From the sequence record DRR723986_6706: DNA of 33,512 nt, one strand, 5' to 3'. The notes below the pieces were generated by a model, which had not been told where the DNA came from, did not search any database, and saw only the letters and a list, made by a program, of their open reading frames with translations. Position 1 is the stretch's first letter. Each line of letters starts with the position of its first letter. Below, one piece after another: positions 29,868 to 33,512 of this stretch. Made by a program: the position numbers and the translations under genes.

Positions 29868-30002
29868 ATGGGCGAATTGACTGCACTGCTGTTGGCGCTG
29901 CTATTGGTAGTCGCGGCGATTAGCGTGCCACTCATTTTTTACCTAAACGCGGAGCGACTAGCTGCCTACATCCAAAAGCGGCGGGCTCAGAAGAAGCCGT
30001 GA
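29868..30002 (+). CDS. Small single-pass membrane protein (44 aa)
   Basis: GGGAGG RBS; MGELTALLLALLLVVAAISVPLIFYL followed by a basic tail. Confidence 0.55.
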   Translation: MGELTALLLALLLVVAAISVPLIFYLNAERLAAYIQKRRAQKKP

Positions 30003-30085
30003 TGCCAGTCTTCCTTCGCGTGTTTCACTGTAATCTAGTACACTGCTCGCGCAAACTTCAGCAGCATGCACCGCACATTTACAAC

Positions 30086-30200
30086 CTAATCCGCTGTTTC
30101 TAATGACTTGACTAAACGTTTCCCTTTTGGGGTCAGGTAGTACTCAATCGGTAGCTTTCCTGGCCCCCTAGCCACATGCTTATCTTTCACAACTCTACGC
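30086..30200 (-). pseudogene. 3' half of a winged-helix gene split by IS66
   Basis: Continues in frame from 32815-33004 across the TSD: VVKDKHVARGPGKLPIEYYLTPKGKRLVKSLETAD-stop. Confidence 0.8.
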
Positions 30201-30251
30201 GTAACCGTCCGGTGAACTCACCTGCTATTTCGTGCGCTCATCCGCAATCAT

Positions 30252-30278
30252 AGTGTCCACTTATTTTAAGTGGACACT
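30252..30278. promoter_or_regulatory. Perfect 12-bp inverted repeat just upstream of IS66 tnpA
   Basis: AGTGTCCACTTA-TTT-TAAGTGGACACT. Confidence 0.7.
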
Positions 30279-30283
30279 TAGCT

Positions 30284-30643
30284 ATGGATACACAAGGGTT
30301 ACTTCCTCCCCCGGTTAAGCGGCATCGCCGCCGTCACTCCCGGCAGTTTAAGCAACAGGTCGTAACAGCCAGCTTCGTGCCCGGCGCCTCGATAGCCGGT
30401 GTCGCTCGCGAGTTCGAGATCAATGCCAACCTGGTTCATAACTGGCGCAAGCAGTTGGGGCAGGCTGCTCCGGAGAACACCGACTTCATTAGAGTGGCAC
30501 CGCTATCAATGGGATCTGATAAAGGGGTCACCGCAGTAGCGGAAACACTGCGGGTGGAGATAGCCAGCGCCATGGGCACAGTGACACTCCACTGGCCCAT
30601 GGCGCGTTTGGATCATCTTGCGGCCTGGCTCAAATCCTCATGA
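30284..30643 (+). CDS. tnpA: IS66 accessory protein TnpA (HTH)
   Basis: RRRHSRQFKQQVV...PGASIAGVAREFEINANLVHNWR. Confidence 0.9.
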   Translation: MDTQGLLPPPVKRHRRRHSRQFKQQVVTASFVPGASIAGVAREFEINANLVHNWRKQLGQAAPENTDFIRVAPLSMGSDKGVTAVAETLRVEIASAMGTVTLHWPMARLDHLAAWLKSS

Positions 30644-30975
30644 TCCGCATTGATGAGATCTGGTTAGCCCGTGAGCCCCTGGATATGCGCGCCGGGCCGG
30701 ATACCACGCTGGCACGTGTGGTGCAGAGCTTTGGCGAAGCCCGGCCCCACTGCGCCTACCTCTTTGCCAACAAGCGCGCCAACCGGATGAAGGTGTTGGT
30801 GCACGATGGCTTTGGCCTTTGGCTAGCGGCGCGTCGATTACACCGCGGCAAGTTTATCTGGAGCAATCTGCGCGAAGGGGGCGCGGTTGCCTTGGATGAG
30901 GAGCAGTTCCGGGCGCTGATCACCGGCTTGCCCTGGCAGCGCGCCGGTGGCGCGGCAACCATCTCGGTACTGTAA
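30640..30975 (+). CDS. tnpB: IS66 accessory protein TnpB
   Basis: PLDMRAG, LFANKRANRMKVLVHDGFGLWLAARRLHRGKF; ATGA overlap with tnpA. Confidence 0.93.
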   Translation: MIRIDEIWLAREPLDMRAGPDTTLARVVQSFGEARPHCAYLFANKRANRMKVLVHDGFGLWLAARRLHRGKFIWSNLREGGAVALDEEQFRALITGLPWQRAGGAATISVL

Positions 30976-31076
30976 ATCCCGTTAGGTATGCTGCGCTCGC
31001 GCAGCATAGTTACCCACCTTAGTCCATTTACAGAATCGTCATCGCAGGCGGCGCCACGTTCTGGCAACATCGCTGT

Positions 31077-32627
31077 ATGACTCAGCTTAAGCCTGCCGAC
31101 CTCCAACACCTCACTCCTGAACAGCTTCGGGCAATGGTGCTGCAACTGCAGGCAAACAATGATCAGCTTGTGTCTGCTAACAATGAGCTAGCATCGGCCA
31201 ACACCACGCTCTCTACCCACAACGACAAACTCACCCACGAGTTGGCCCTGCTGCGCCGACATCGCTTTGGCAAGCGCAGCGAAGGGATGGACAAGCATCA
31301 GCTGGCCTTGCTGGATGCGCTGGTGGATGAAGACATCGCCGCCATTGAGGCTGAGCTGGAAGCCCTCTCGCCAAAGGCCGCTGAGCAACGCGTGCGCAAA
31401 CGGGCCAAGCGCCAGCCGCTGCCCAAAGACCTTCCTCGCACCGAGATCCATCATGAGCCGGAAAACACCAACTGTTCCTGCGGCTGCGCCCTGACCCGCA
31501 TTGGTGAAGACGTCAGCGAGAAGCTGGATTACCAGCCCGGCATCTTTAGCGTCGAGCGTCATATCCGGGGCAAGTGGTGCTGCCGGGACTGCGACAGCCT
31601 GGTGCAGGCGCCGGTAGCCCCTCATATTATTGATAAAGGCATCCCCACCACCAATTTGCTGGCCCAGGTACTGATCAGCAAATACGCTGACCACCTGCCA
31701 CTGCACCGGCAGGCGCAGCAGTTTGCCCGGGCGGGCGTCAGTATCCCGCGCTCCACCCTGGCAGATTGGGTAGGCCGTTGTGGTGTAGAGCTGCAGCCCT
31801 TGATCGACGCTTTACGAGAGACCCTGCTCAAAGAAGCCGTCTTGCACGCCGATGAAACCCCGGTGGCGATGCTGGCGCCGGGGAAGAAGCAGACACATAA
31901 GGCCTATGTTTGGGCCTATGCCTCAACCCGGTACTCGGCCATCCAGGGCGTGGTCTATGACTTCCAGCCCGGCCGTGCCGGGCAGGCAGCGAGAGACTTC
32001 CTGGCCGAGTGGCAAGGCAAGTTGGTCTGCGATGACTATGCTGGCTACAAGGCTGGCTTTGCCAATGGCATCAGCGAAGTCGGTTGCTGGGCCCATGCAA
32101 GGCGCAAGTTCCATGATTTGCATGTGGCCAATAAGAGCCAGATTGCTGGGCAGGCGCTGAATTATATCCAAGACCTGTATCGGATTGAGCGGGAGCTGGC
32201 TGAACTGACGCCGCAAGCGCGACAAGTCCAGCGGCAAGAACGATCAAAACCGATCACCGACCAATTGCATCACTGGCTCATTGCCAAACGACAGCAGGTG
32301 CCCGATGGCAGCGGCACCGCCAAGGCCATCAACTACAGCGTAAAACGCTGGGAGGCCTTAACCCGTTATCTCGATGACGGCGCCATCCCCATCGACAACA
32401 ACTGGGTGGAGAATCAAATCCGGCCTTGGGCGCTCGGGCGTTCAAACTGGTTGTTTGCGGGATCACTGCGCAGTGGACAGCGGGCGGCAAATATCATGAC
32501 CCTGGTCCAGTCCGCGAAGATCAACGACCTCAATCCGCAGGCCTATTTGAAAGACATTATGGAGAGGCTGCCGACCCAGAAGGCATCGAGAATCGGTGAG
32601 CTGCTACCCCACAATTGGAAGCCCTGA
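31077..32627 (+). CDS. tnpC: IS66 DDE transposase TnpC
   Basis: FGKRSE, Zn finger (CSCG...CRDC), KYADHLPL, HADETP, CDDYAGY, CWAHARRKF, IDNNWVENQIR. Confidence 0.96.
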   Translation: MTQLKPADLQHLTPEQLRAMVLQLQANNDQLVSANNELASANTTLSTHNDKLTHELALLRRHRFGKRSEGMDKHQLALLDALVDEDIAAIEAELEALSPKAAEQRVRKRAKRQPLPKDLPRTEIHHEPENTNCSCGCALTRIGEDVSEKLDYQPGIFSVERHIRGKWCCRDCDSLVQAPVAPHIIDKGIPTTNLLAQVLISKYADHLPLHRQAQQFARAGVSIPRSTLADWVGRCGVELQPLIDALRETLLKEAVLHADETPVAMLAPGKKQTHKAYVWAYASTRYSAIQGVVYDFQPGRAGQAARDFLAEWQGKLVCDDYAGYKAGFANGISEVGCWAHARRKFHDLHVANKSQIAGQALNYIQDLYRIERELAELTPQARQVQRQERSKPITDQLHHWLIAKRQQVPDGSGTAKAINYSVKRWEALTRYLDDGAIPIDNNWVENQIRPWALGRSNWLFAGSLRSGQRAANIMTLVQSAKINDLNPQAYLKDIMERLPTQKASRIGELLPHNWKP

Positions 32628-32643
32628 TCACCGACAAAAGCAG

Positions 32644-32746
32644 AATAAAAATAGCAGGAAGGCCGGCCATCATGGCCATACCCACCTTCCGTAGTGTCCT
32701 CTCATCCTGAGAACGCCTCCCTGCAATAAGCACATCCTGTGCCTAC
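32644..32746 (-). ncRNA. Candidate CsrA/RsmA-binding sRNA (CsrB/RsmX/Y/Z-like) inside IS66
   Basis: Hairpins GUAGGCAC-AGGAU-GUGCUUAU, UGC-AGGGAG-GCG, UUCUC-AGGAU-GAGAG, CACU-ACGGAA-GGUG, a further GGACA, then GGCC-AUGAU-GGCC and a U-rich tail. Confidence 0.7.
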
Positions 32747-32751
32747 CGTGA

Positions 32752-32779
32752 ACTATAGATACACGAATCAAATTTGCAA
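32752..32779 (-). promoter_or_regulatory. Sigma70-like promoter for the candidate sRNA
   Basis: Minus strand TTGCAA (32779-32774)-N16-TATAGT (32757-32752), 5 nt before the first hairpin. Confidence 0.6.
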
Positions 32780-32814
32780 ACTTGAATTAAGTATGGGGTT
32801 CACCGGACGGTTAC

Positions 32815-33004
32815 CTCTACGCGACATAAGTTCAGAATGTCGACGAACGACTTTATTCAAAGAGCCCCGATCAACACCCAGCTCGTCCAGCATGACTTGA
32901 GGCCGGCGAGGTGTCTTCAAAAACAGCAATATCTTTAGCGCTTGTGGTGTCAGATTATTCCTCAGCATAACCCTGACCACATGCTCAGCGAAATGTGTAC
33001 TCAT
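32815..33004 (-). pseudogene. 5' half of a winged-helix gene split by IS66
   Basis: MSTHFAEHVVRVMLRNNLTPQALKILLFLK...DRGSLNKVVRRHSELMSRR up to the TSD. Confidence 0.75.
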
Positions 33005-33129
33005 TGGTTGATCTTTCCAAAGTAGTCGTGAACGACTATATTCTTATAAACAGCCAAAGGTGTGAGAGCAGTTGCGAAAACGCTCAAGGCATCGCCCTGA
33101 CTCAGCTATCACTCACACCATCAGCAAAA

Positions 33130-33282
33130 ATGGTGGCATACATGATCTCAATGGGTTTCGTTCTATTCAACGCTGCAATTGTATTCGTTGCTAGCTTGGC
33201 ATTCCTTGAGCTTAACCGGTACTACAACAGAACGTGGCGAGACTTGCTTTTTTCTAAAGATTCCTACGGATCAATTAACTAG
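33130..33282 (+). CDS. Possible small membrane protein (start uncertain)
   Basis: MVAYMISMGFVLFNAAIVFVASLAFLEL hydrophobic stretch; no clear RBS. Confidence 0.35.
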   Translation: MVAYMISMGFVLFNAAIVFVASLAFLELNRYYNRTWRDLLFSKDSYGSIN

Positions 33283-33377
33283 AACAGAATACGTCGTAGC
33301 GCTGTGGCGCTTACTACCGAGCTTTGCACAAGTCTCTAGAATCGAGAGTGACACAACTTCGTGCAAAGGATAGGTTC

Positions 33378-33512
33378 ATGAAAAAAGCTAATGAATCCGA
33401 CAGTCAAATACAAATAATGCGACTTGGCGAGCTAAGGATGCTTGGTATCGAACCACCTGATGCCCTGCGAGAAGCACCCGATGAGGATATGCTCACCATG
33501 CCTCGACCTGCC
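33378..33512 (+). CDS. Partial hypothetical protein running off the window
   Basis: AAGGATAGG RBS then MKKANESDSQIQIMRLGELRMLGIEPPDALREAPDEDMLTMPRPA, open to the end. Confidence 0.5.
   Translation, partial: MKKANESDSQIQIMRLGELRMLGIEPPDALREAPDEDMLTMPRPA

Larger units (their letters stand above)
30201..32814 (+). mobile_element. Complete IS66-family element, 2614 bp, 8-bp TSD
   Basis: IRs GTAACCGTCCGGTGAAC at both ends (17/17); CTCTACGC duplicated at 30193-30200 and 32815-32822. Confidence 0.97.

Noticed and set aside
26674-30200. Integron cassette array or CRISPR array among the small genes
   Set aside because: No recurring attC-like RYYYAAC...GTTRRRY hairpins, no integrase and no regularly spaced repeats found by eye
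30640-30975. TnpB as an RNA-guided nuclease with the nearby RNA as its guide
   Set aside because: This is the 111-aa IS66 accessory TnpB, unrelated to IS200/IS605 TnpB; no RuvC domain
32560-32725. Short minus-strand ORFs within the IS66 right end
   Set aside because: No recognisable protein features; ordered GGA-loop hairpins fit an RNA function better, though a peptide is not excluded
32768-32814. C-terminus GNRPVNPILNSSLQI of the 78-aa ORF
   Set aside because: Read-through into the IS66 right end; the native 3' half is at 30086-30200

Overview
This 33.5 kb window looks like a gammaproteobacterial accessory region with two halves. Left (1-24269): a phenylacetate (paa) catabolic cluster: paaZ-G-J-A-B-C-D-E-I on the minus strand, a divergent fused enoyl-CoA hydratase/3-hydroxyacyl-CoA dehydrogenase, and paaX. 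paaK lies about 8 kb away, followed by a thiolase homologue lacking its catalytic residues, an EthD-like gene and an aldehyde dehydrogenase. The gap holds an Rrf2/SnoaL pair, a lone tatA and a module of alkB, two rubredoxins, a quinohemoprotein ADH, a methyltransferase and an AraC regulator. Right (24270-33512): a mobile patchwork with an IS5 stub, an IS911-like IS3 element without a target duplication, a HEPN + ADP-ribosylglycohydrolase pair, small Zn-ribbon and membrane proteins, and a complete IS66 (8-bp TSD) that splits a winged-helix gene. The most striking observation is a ~100-nt minus-strand RNA inside the right end of the IS66. It has its own sigma70-like promoter and five GGA motifs, four in hairpin loops, like a CsrB/RsmX/Y/Z CsrA sponge. 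Also notable: a possible alkylbenzene-to-phenylacetate funnel, a diverged ~115-bp promoter/structured-leader repeat, and several operator-like repeats. All calls come from reading motifs by eye; no searches were run.
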